Source: Mobula hypostoma (taxonomy: Eukaryota). From it: DNA of 64,000 bases. Positions within the stretch are counted from its first letter, which is position 1, and each line of letters begins with the position of its first letter. The translations under genes were made by a program, and so were the position numbers. The DNA is taken from the NCBI RefSeq assembly GCF_963921235.1, contig NC_086097.1:54748001-54812000 (forward strand), written 5' to 3'. Below the pieces are notes generated by a model. That model was not told the DNA's origin and ran no database searches. It saw nothing but the letters and a program-made list of their open reading frames with translations. Shown piece by piece: positions 52,316-62,549 of the stretch.

Positions 52316-52946
52316 GCGCCTCTTCCTATAGATGCTGCCTGGCCTGCTGCGTTCACCAGCAACTTTGATGTGTGTTGCTTGAATTTCCAGCATCTGCAGA
52401 ATTCCTGTTGTTTGAGTTCTATATTGAAGTGGATTTTATAGTATACAATGTCAGTACAGATTTGCTGCTAATTTTGTGCTCAGGGCTAATCTAAAATGGA
52501 TATTTAAAACTAATGAAAGGTGAAAACCAGCAAACTGTATTGTTACTACTGATTTTCAAAACACTCAACAGGGAAAGGACAAATGATGCAGAATGCAGGA
52601 GAATGAAGAGGTTTCTGTTCTCCCATTGTTTTAATCTAACAAGGAAATCTGCCTCAGAAAAATTGCAAACCTAACTCATTTCCTATAATGAATCAAGGTG
52701 AGAAATAATAAAAGTTGGCTTGCCCTTTGGAATTTTATAGGCTGGCCAATTCCCTATATACAGTACATCATTTTACATATTAAACTCATTATCTCAAATC
52801 CAATTTTAATTTGAGACAAACATCTGTAGATTTCACAAATTTACAATTATTAAAACTAAATAACCAATGCACTTAAATTATTTAAAGTACTTTTAATTAT
52901 AAATATTTTTTAAAAAATAAGTTTTACTTTTCCTTAATCATCATTT

Positions 52947-53067
52947 TCATTCTAGCGGCCCTACAATTGTGCATTCTGTACCAAAACCAATTGGCCCAAC
53001 ACTGGACGCCAGTCTTCCCAGTGTATCTATTACTAATCCATTGCAAACTCCAGCTTCACCAAAGTAA
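52947..53067 (-). CDS. Terminal coding exon of an unidentified gene
   Basis: ttttcacag|T TAC...GAA TGA gives (S)YFGEAGVCNGLVIDTLGRLASSVGPIGFGTECTIVGPLE*; ATTAAA at 52897-52892. Confidence 0.7.
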
Positions 53068-53468
53068 CTGTGAAAATGAAAGCTGATTTTTTCAAAGTGC
53101 CCCTTAAAATATAATATAGTTGCACATGATAATAAATGTCAACAGATTGGTACTTCATCGGTAATATGTCCATAACTTAAGTAAAAATGTATTTATTCTC
53201 TAATGTGGAATAAATACAAAATACCAGAAACACTCAGTAGGTAACGCAGCATCTATGAAATTAACTGCTACTTTTCTTTGCACCACTGGTGACTTGTCCA
53301 CTGAAAATTTCCACACAGTTTAATCATTCAGTTCTTAATTACATACTTCAATATTTTCTGAGACATTAAACCAGCCAGTCCATGATTCCCTGGTTTTCAT
53401 TCTCATAAATAGCAAAGAGATATGCAGAATGCATATCAATGCAGTTACAAAGAAGGCATGACAGTGGC

Positions 53469-53788
53469 TAACATGAGGAAATCTGCAGATGCTGGAAATT
53501 CAAGCAACACAAATAAAAGATTGCTGGTGAATGCAGCAGGCCAGGCAACATCTATAGGAAGAGTTACAGTCAATGTTTTGGGCCAAGACCCTTCGTCAGG
53601 ACTAACTGAAAGAAGAGATTGTAAGAGATTTGAAAGTGGGAGGGGGGAGGATAGTAAGAAATTTGAAAGTGGGAGGGGGGAGGATAGTAAGAGACCCTTC
53701 CACTTTCAAATCTCTTACTATCTCTTCTTTCAGTTAGTCTTGACAAAGGGTCTCGACCTGAAACGTTGACTGTACCTCTTCCTATAGA
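53469..53788. mobile_element. Intermediate-age palindromic mini-PLE
   Basis: Inverted pLTR ends with mutated hammerheads (~53568-53603 minus, ~53736-53771 plus); 33-bp tandem duplication in the loop. Confidence 0.8.
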
Positions 53789-54091
53789 CAGTGGCTATAT
53801 TTCATTGGGAGTTTGAGGAGATCTAGTGTGTCACCAAATACACTCACAATTTTTACAGATGTACCTTGGAGAGCCTTCTAACTGGTTGCATCAATGTCTG
53901 GTATGGGAGGTGGCACTGCACAGGACTGAAATGAGCTGCAGAAAGCTATAAGTGTAGTCAGCTCCATCATGGGCACTAGCCTCCCCAGCATGCAGGATTT
54001 CTTCAAGGAGCGATGCCTCAGAAAGGTGGCATCCATCATTAAGAACCTCCCATCACCCAGGTCATGCCTTCTTCTCATTGCTACCATCAGT

Positions 54092-54670
54092 CGTCGTTGT
54101 GGCTATCCCTCAAAGTCGAGGATGATGGTCTTCGTTCTGTTGACCTATTTATGGGCTTTCAAGTGGCTTATGAGTCCAATCTTGGCTTTGAAAATTCTTC
54201 CACATTCAGGACAGGTAGTTCGAGATGGCAGATCGGGCTTTGGTTGTTGCTGCCTCTCTTTCCTCTCTTTCCATTTTCTTCTCTTTTCTTCTAATTCTGC
54301 ACATCTGTTGGCTTCGAAAGTTGCTGTTCTTTCTCAGATGATGGCTTGCCAGAGTTTCCTGTCCTTGGCATTGGTTTCCCAATTGTTGATGTCGATGTTA
54401 CATTTCTTCACGTTGGCTTTTAAGATGTCTTTGAATCTCTTCTGTTGTCCACTTCTTTTATGTTTGCCTTCTTTAAGTTGGGAGTAGAAGATTTGTTTCG
54501 GCAGACGTTTGTCTTTCATCCGAACAACATGACCACTCCATCTTAGTTGGTTCTTGATGAGTTGAAAAGTTCCATCAACGCTGTCTTTGAAACATCTTAA
54601 ATATCAGCTGGGAAGGTAGAAGAGCCGACATCAGTGTGCTAAATGAAGCAAAAACAAGAAGCATTGAAGC
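54092..54670 (-). mobile_element. RTE-clade LINE 3' fragment with 5' inversion, inside a Rex1 fragment (~53790-54950)
   Basis: Minus part QLRWSGHVVRMKDKRLPKQIFY; plus part EKFHQRCL...SIEA; TSD CTACCATCAGT (54081-54091, 54671-54681). Confidence 0.85.
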
Positions 54671-55804
54671 CTACCATCAGTAATGAGGTACAGGAGCCTG
54701 AAAGCACACACTTAATGATTCAAGAACAGCATCTTCCTTTCTGCCATCTGATTTCTGAATGGACATTGAGCCCATGAAAACAACTTCACTACTGTACTGT
54801 TTATCTTCTTTTTGCACTACTTAATTAATTTAACTTTTTAATATTTCTTAATGTAATTCATTTTTATTATTATGTATTGCAATGTACTGCTGCTGTATAA
54901 CAAGTTTCATGACATGCCAGTGATATTAAGCCTGTTTCTGATCTCTAATGATTAAAAAAGAACAGGACCCTTATTGATAGAATCTCAGAAGACATAGATC
55001 GAAGTCAAAGTTGAGTTTATTGTCATATGCACAAATATATGCTTGCATAGGTAACATGAAAAACTAATTTGCGGAAGTATCAGAGACATATAACATCATA
55101 TAAGCAGCATCAACAAGAAAAGCATAAATTATACATAAATTGCATACAATTCTTACATGACCATATTGGAAGATTTAGATAGGTATTTGAAATATTATCA
55201 TTATTTTCTTTACAAATGGTGAAATAAGTTCTGCACATTTCATCCTCTTGAGCAAAATCATTGACCACTCCTGACTTCTACTTCTCAGAAATGACTTCCT
55301 CCGTAAATTCTCCAATTATTTTCATTGCAACCTTTTCAGTCTTGCCATTTTCCTTGGTTTTGCAGCTTCAGTAATGTTAAGTCTACATCATTATTTCCTG
55401 CTGTATCTTTACCCCAACCCTTTTTCCAACAGAATGTTTAAAATACAATTCTCACTGACTAAACTGTACACACTTTTCCCCGCAGCTATGCTTTTGTCTC
55501 TCCACCTGCTACAACACCCCTGCAGCTGTGGCTTTGCACAACCATTCCCCTTACCTCCAACTTCAGTGCTAACCTCCTGCAGTACTGTTACTATCTCTCA
55601 CTCTGATCATTCACAACAACCTGAACACTTATACAGTCATTAATTTACAAAAATATAATAATGTGATTTAATGAATTATAATTCAGCACAGATGGATACA
55701 GAGGCAGGAGGTTACCAGATGTGTATTAATGTGGAAGATCTCTGCAATTATTACATCTGCAAGGTTGAACCACACTGAAGTGGCAATTGTGTACAACCAC
55801 AACA

Positions 55805-56676
55805 GCAGGAAAAATTCTGCAGATGCTGGAAATCCAAAGCAACACACACAAAATGCTGGAGGAACTCAGCAGGTCATCTATGGAAATGAATAAACAGTCA
55901 ATGTTTCAGACCAAGACCCTTCTTCAGGGCTGGAAAGGAAGGGGGAAGATGCCAGAATTAAAAGGTGGGGGAAGGGGCCAGAACAGTCCTTTCAGGTGAG
56001 GCAACACTTCACTTGTGAATCAGCTGGGATTACCTATTGTGTCCGGTGCTCCCAATATGGCCCCCTCTACATTAGTGAGACATGTCACATATTGGTGGTG
56101 GGGGGGGGGGGAATCACTTCTTTGATCACCTCTGTTCCATCCACCTAAAGCGTAATTTCCAGGTGACCAGAAATTTTAATTCCAATTACCATTCCCATTC
56201 CAACTTGTCAGTCCATGGCCTCCTCTTGTGCCAAGATGAGGCCACCCTCAGGGTGGAGGAGCAACACCTTATTTTCTGTCTGGGTAGCAACCAACCTGAT
56301 GGCATGAACATCAATCTCTCCTTCTGGAAAAATATATTTTTCCCTCCCCTTTCCCTCTTCTTTTATTCCCTACTCTGGCCTCTTCTTCTCACCTGCCTAT
56401 CACCTCCCCATAGGTCCCCACCTCTTTCCCTTTCTCCTATGTTCCACTCTCCTCTCTTAACAAATTCGTTTCTCTCCAGCCCTTTCCTTTTCCTACCCAC
56501 CTGGTTTCACCTACTACCTTCAAGCTAGCCTCCTTCCCCTCCCCCTACCTTTTTATTCTGACATCTTGCTTACCAGTCCTAAAGAAGGATCTCGTATCTG
56601 AAATGTTGACTGCTTATTCATTTCCATAGATGCTGCCTGACCTGTTAAGTTCCTGCAGCATTTTGTGTGTGTCGCT
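55805..56676. mobile_element. Old PLE insertion with inverted pLTRs
   Basis: Short minus arm with tail, then a plus GIY-YIG remnant and pLTR; degenerate hammerheads near 55897 and 56576. Confidence 0.8.
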
Positions 56677-57779
56677 TTAGGCTAAAATTGCCCAGGTCCT
56701 TGGGTAATTTGGTGATTTATTACCACTTGTTGTATTCTGCAAGTTTCTTGTCTATTTGAGGAAACTGCATATAAGATTGTTTACCTTGGTGGAAATATCT
56801 GCAGCCAAGCACAAACAGAAATGCTCAGCAGATCAGGCAACATTAATATCAAGGACAGATCATGAAAACTGGAAAAATGAGAAGATGAGCCTATTGTAAG
56901 TTACTGAAAGGGAAAAGTGAAGGGAACAAAAAGAACACATGTTGTCATGCACCAATTACTTCAAAGAATGGAAACTTCGATGGGACATAATTTCAGTGGG
57001 GTAAGAACAGGTTGAAATAATCAGTCTAGTATTAGATCGTGGGATGGAAGTAGCAGTGAGGTTTATAGCTTTGGGATTCTATGAGGTTGGAGCCAATGCA
57101 GGGAATATTGATAAAATGAGAGCAGTGAATCTTGATTCAATAGCCAGTTACTGGTAACAATGGTGGGGTCATAATCCAGTAAGAAGTATAAAGAGATTTC
57201 TGAGAACTGATGATATGATTGTGTGTGGTGATATGAACTTTACAATAATATCTCTTTTTAATCATTCTGGTTTTGGTGTCCACAAAAATTTGGATGACAG
57301 AGGTATCCTTGCATTGTCTCTTTTTCTGTAATATTACATTTTCCAAATGTTGTGTTAAATAGGAACTTAGACCTTTATTTATATTGGTGAGAAGCATAAT
57401 TCATGTTTCAAGTGGTCCCTGGAATAGGGCTGAAAACTGCCCTTGGGTTGCTCATCTTTGGATGTAAGATAATTGATTTTCAAATTAACCCAAAAAACAC
57501 ACGTGGCCTCCAATCAGCATTTAATATGCTAATTTCATAAACCCGAAACATTATAAATTGTGTGAAGGGGAGTTGTTAATATGTATTATTGTGGTGGTGA
57601 TAATAGAAAATTTCCATGCATCTTCTAGCTTCTCTGTATAACTATATAATCTTTGCTATAGCAGAAATATACTTTCAGCTTAAATTGAAGTACTGTAAAT
57701 ACCCTTAACAATCCTGATGTACGTTGTACAATTTATTTCTAACTGGTTGGCAGTCAGCAGTGAGCAGAGAGACACAGGT

Positions 57780-58720
57780 GTCAATGCTGGGCCCAAAACT
57801 GTTCAGGTCACGATATACATTAACGATTTGGAAGAGGGACTGTATCTAGTATAAGTTCTCTGATGACACTAAATTGAGTATAAAATCAAATTTTACAGAG
57901 GATGTAGAGAGATATAGATAGATTAAGTGAGAGGGCAAAGGTCTGGCAGATGGAGTACAACACAGTTAAATATGAGGTCATCCACTTCAGAAGGAAAAAA
58001 TAGAAGATCAGATTATTATTTAAACGGTGAAAGATTGCAGCAGGCTGTTGTGCAGAGGAACTTGAAGGTACTTATAGATGAATCACAAAAGGTTGGTTGG
58101 CAGGTACAACAGGTTATCAAGAAGGCAAATGGAATGTTGGACTTCATTGCTAGAGAGATTGAATTTAAGAGCCGTGATGTTATGCTGCAACTGTACAGGT
58201 GAAAATCGCACCTCAAGTACTCCATGCATTTCTGGTCTCCTTATTTGAGCAAACGATTAGAAGCTTTGGAGGTGTTGCAGAGGATGTTCACCAGATTGAT
58301 TCCAGAGATGGGAGGGGTTAACGTACATATGAGCAAAGATTGAGTTGCCTGGGACTATACTCACTGGAATTGAGAAGAAATATATAAAATTATGAAAGGG
58401 TTAGGTGAGATAGAGTCAGGAAAGTTGGTTCTACTAGTAAGTAAGACAAGAACTAGAGGACATAGCCTCAAGATTCGGGGGAATAGATTCAAGACATAGG
58501 TAAGGAGCAACTGCTTTTCCCAGACAGTAGTGAATCTGTGGATTCTCTGTCCAGGGAAGCAGTAGAGGCTTCAACAAGAAGTATATTTAAGCCACAGTAA
58601 GAAAGATTTTTGCATAGCTGGGAAAATTAAGGGTTATGAGGAAGAGGCAGGTAGGTTGAGCTGAGATCGGCTGTGATCTTATTGAAATACAGAGCAGTCT
58701 AAACGGGCCGGATGACCAGC
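57780..58720 (+). mobile_element. CR1 3' fragment
   Basis: RT-end remnants (YYLNGERL, KKANGML) and CR1 3' region. Confidence 0.8.
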
Positions 58721-58990
58721 ATGCCAGTGTAGTTGGTTAGTGCAATCATTTTACAGCACCGGTGATCACCAGTCAGGGTTCGATTCCCACCACTGTCTGT
58801 AGGAGTTTGTAAGTTCTCCCCATGACCATATGGGTTTCCTCTGAGTGTCCTGGCTTCATCCCACATTCCAAACATGTACGGTTAAGAAGTTGTGGGCATG
58901 CTACGTTGGTGCCAGAAGCATGGCGACACTTGTGGGCTCTTCCCAGCACAATCCATGTGACAAGTAAAGTTAATCTTTCATCTTAATCTT
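58721..58990 (+). mobile_element. tRNA-derived SINE (V-SINE/HE1-like)
   Basis: B box GGTTCGATTCC; central ggagtttg...ttctcccc...tgggtttcctc motif; a related minus copy lies at about 61285-61530. Confidence 0.75.
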
Positions 58991-59430
58991 TATCTCCTAC
59001 TCCTATTTCACATGTTTTTACATAGGTGTGGTGATGGTTACTTTATCATGTTACAGTATATAAAGAAAGGAACGGTTTCATCATAAAATATATTGACAGC
59101 CTAATGCAGTGTTTTCTAATATTCCAGATGTCTTGGCATTGCATCAATCATTGACCAATTGTTAACAAGGGATGTGAATTTACCATTATGTGCTAGTTAA
59201 CATACATTCAGTTCAAATGCATGATATGTTAATGAAAAGTTTAAAGCATATGAAAAATTCCATTATCAATTAACTTGAGCACTATTGATCTTCATTATGA
59301 TACATTGTTTCAATCATTCAGAAAAGCAGTAAATGTTTGAATTATTTATAAAAAGAAACTCCAGTCATACAACCAAGTTGTAAAACAAAATTAGCTAAGA
59401 ACACTTCAGAATGATGTTAAATCATTATAC

Positions 59431-59527
59431 CTTGTATTATGCAAGAAAATGGGGCCCAGGGAATTATTTTGTACACAGATGTTTGAAACTAAAGGTTTCA
59501 ACTGGTTTGAATACATGCAATCACTTT
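59431..59527 (-). CDS. Candidate exon of the unidentified gene
   Basis: tctcag|AA...AG|gtataa; SDCMYSNQLKPLVSNICVQNNSLGPIFLHNT; phases fit both neighbouring exons. Confidence 0.6.
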
Positions 59528-60125
59528 CTGAGACACCAAAGTACAACATAATATCTGTGTGCTATTATGCAAAACGTTCCCCCTTTGCAACAAAAATAAG
59601 AAAGATTAATTCTTACGGACAGTGTTGCTTCCCTTGTAGGGGCTGCTGGGTCCCGATTTTGAAGTTCTGAGATTTATGGATTGGATTGTAGTTGAAACTA
59701 ACTGTTGCTCATACTGGCCTCTTTCAGTTCTGTGTTTTTTTTTCATGTCCTTGTCCATTCTTTCTTGTTGACAACTAGCAGGCTGGGGTTGGGGGGGGTT
59801 TGATGTTCTTGTTGTTTCTCCGTATGGGAGATCTGTTAGTTTCTGTGCGAGGGAGGGGTTGGGGGGGGTCTGGGATTTGCAAATTTTTGTTTTTCTTTTT
59901 GTGCGGGGGGGTGAGGATTGATGTCTTTCTTTCAACTACTATGTTTTTCTGTATTTTATGGCTATCTGGAGAGGACAAATCTCAGAGATGAATTCTGCAT
60001 ATATACTTCGATAATAAAATAAACGTTTGAATCTTTGTTGCATGTAATCAAAACTGAGTGAACACTCAGTTATTAAATGCTCATGTATTTCACCAATCAC
60101 CATTATTTTTTATACTTAACTTTAC

Positions 60126-60206
60126 TCAAATTTCTGTAGCTGTAATCCTGCGCTATATCTACTGTATGAACTTCCTGTTCTGAAATCAACAGACTTACTG
60201 CTGCTT
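60126..60206 (-). CDS. Candidate exon of the unidentified gene
   Basis: aaacag|AA...A|gtaaag; AAVSLLISEQEVHTVDIAQDYSYRNL; phase 1-1. Confidence 0.55.
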
Positions 60207-60790
60207 CTGTTTAACACAGTAAAACTCAGAATTTTCAAAATAGGATCCTAACATTCCCAGTCTTTGTTAACCTTGCCTGGGACTAAATGATAAAATAGAG
60301 AGATTTTGGTAAAACTATTTATATCCACACCTTGAATGCAATGAAAACCCATTATATTTCATGGGAATGTAATAGCAATACGTGTAATTGATATAAAATA
60401 TCAAAATTTCATCAATCACATTTTCTACTAAGCAAAACAAAAAGAAGCAGAAGAGAAAGAGGTATATTTCAAGCATTATCTTGAAGGAAGAAAGAAATAT
60501 AATGGAAAAATAGAGAGGAAATGCCAGTGTTTATAGTGTTGGCTGCAAAGGACACTGCTGCCTGTGGTGGAACTATTAAAATCAGAGGCTCAGGAGATCA
60601 GGATTGGAGGACAGCACATAACTTGAGAGTTTGGGTTACAGATTGCTGAGATAAGTGAAACAATGTTAGATTTGCAGGAGCTATTTAACTAGGAGCCATT
60701 ATAGACCTGTGTTCAGTCTGCAACTAGAACTCATTCCACTAAATTCTGGAAAACTTCCAACAAAGGATCAGAACTGTTTATAACGTTTAC

Positions 60791-60865
60791 CTGAGATAAA
60801 CACTATATGTCCTAATCTCTGTTTTATACGAAGTTTTGCATCCAATAACATTTCATATCTATACA
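60791..60865 (-). CDS. Candidate exon of the unidentified gene
   Basis: caacag|TG...G|gtaaac; YRYEMLLDAKLRIKQRLGHIVFIS; acceptor is weak. Confidence 0.5.
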
Positions 60866-61037
60866 CTGTTGTTATTATTCAACAGGTAATAATCAAATAT
60901 AATCTTCCAGTTTTAATAAAACATTGTGGATAAGAAAAATCCTTAGTTACCTATAACAAAGTAACTTAATTACTAAAATGCCAATAGAGTCCAGGTGGCA
61001 GTGACCTACACATCAAATTTCAATATGAGCTCCATAC

Positions 61038-61116
61038 CATTACAACATAAAATGCCTTTGTCAGAAAATATGCAGCATTTGCTGTAGTCCTGTTCATCAA
61101 TTACTCTAGTTATAAC
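61038..61116 (-). CDS. Candidate exon of the unidentified gene
   Basis: gtttag|GTT...G|gtatgg; VITRVIDEQDYSKCCIFSDKGILCCN; the only open frame. Confidence 0.5.
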
Positions 61117-61604
61117 CTAAACGATATTGTCCTACTACAAAAGTCAAGACAGTAACCTACAACTTTAGGAATAAATTGGGTCTTTAAGATTCCATAAAAG
61201 TGGGCACTTAATTCCAGTTGAAGATTAAAACGACATGTGAATGTGAAAGTGAAATTCCTTAAGCTACATTTGGAGACTTTAAGCATGGTCACAGGGCCTT
61301 TTGGCAGAACAAACCCAGTCCACCCAATTACACCCATGTGATCAATGAACTTACTAACCTGTAAATGTTTGGAATGCTGAAGAAAACTGGAGCACCTAGA
61401 GGAAACCCAGGTGATCATGGTGAGAACAGACAAACTCCTTACAGACACCAGTGGAAGTGAATCCGCGTCACTGGCACTGTAGTAACTGTAATAATGTTAC
61501 GCGACCCACTATGCTACTGTGCCATCCCACCTACTGCTGCAGAGTTCCACGAAAGTTGCAAAATATTTTCAGTGTTCAATAACAATAACTTCATTTGGAT
61601 ACCA

Positions 61605-61978
61605 AATTGAAAGGCCTAGAAAGGGTAGATGTGGAAAGGATGTTTCCCATGGTGGGAGAGTCTAGGACAAGAGGGCACAGCCTCAGGATAGAGGGGCACC
61701 CTTTCAAAACAGAGATGCGGTGAAAGTTCTTTAGCCAAAGGGTGGTGAATTTCTGGAATTTGTTGCCACATGCAGCTGTGGAGGCCAGGCAGTTGGGTGT
61801 ATTTAAGGCAAAGATTGATAGGTTCTTGATTGGACATGGCATCAAAGGTTACGGGGAGAAGGCCGGGAACTGGGTTTGAGGAGGAGATATTTTTTAAAAA
61901 ATGATCAGCCATGATTGAATGGCAGAGCAGAGTCAATGGGCCAGATGGCCTAATTCTGCTCCTATGTCTTATGGTCTA
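61605..61978 (+). mobile_element. CR1 3' end
   Basis: Close match to 14420-14771, including the cctatgtcttatggtct tail. Confidence 0.88.
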
Positions 61979-62503
61979 AAATGAAGCAAGTGCTACCTCA
62001 GCAGTTTCACACATTGTATGAAACTATCCTAAAATAATATGATTAATATTACCATTATATGAATTCAAAATATTTTATTTATTAATATTAATAATTATGT
62101 TATGAAATAGAAAGTTGTAATCTTCCCAAAGGGGTAGTAGGCTTTCTTAGTATCATCTCTGTCTGCACAGGTCTGTCTATGGCTATGAAGCTGATGACTG
62201 CCCTCTCATGGAGCCATACGCATCTCTGTTATATCAACCATCTACAACACAGGAAAACATTCACCCAGGGCTGTATGCAAATTACAAGAGAGGCAAAATA
62301 AAAGAATCAGGTAATGACCACACTTATGTAGTTGCCATGTGCTCAGAAGAGGCTTTATTAGAGAATGCTGGGAAGAGGAGTTAAGATGCTGGTGTCACAG
62401 TTTAACAGTGGTACACAGAATACTCCAGTCGTGCAGTACAGGCTGGTGGAGTGAAGGTTGTCATGATTCTACTCTTCAATTAGTTCTCGTACCACGCCCT
62501 TAC

Positions 62504-62549
62504 TAATTCTAATGCAAATGAGTTCTTGACAGTGAAGAAAGAATTAATG
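62504..62549 (-). CDS. Candidate exon of the unidentified gene
   Basis: catctgcag|C...TTA|gtaagg; INSFFTVKNSFALEL; ends in phase 0, as the next exon requires. Confidence 0.4.

Larger units (their letters stand above)
49370..52414. mobile_element. Penelope-like (Neptune-type) insertion with a long inverted 5' duplication
   Basis: Minus arm 49370-50701, plus copy 50702-52414; 13-bp TSD AGTTCTATATTGA (49357-49369, 52415-52427). Confidence 0.95.

Noticed and set aside
60791..60950. Longer exon with in-frame TGT-TGA (60879-60881) suggesting selenocysteine
   Set aside because: Its phase does not fit the upstream exon, the downstream acceptor avoids the TGA, and no SECIS was identified.
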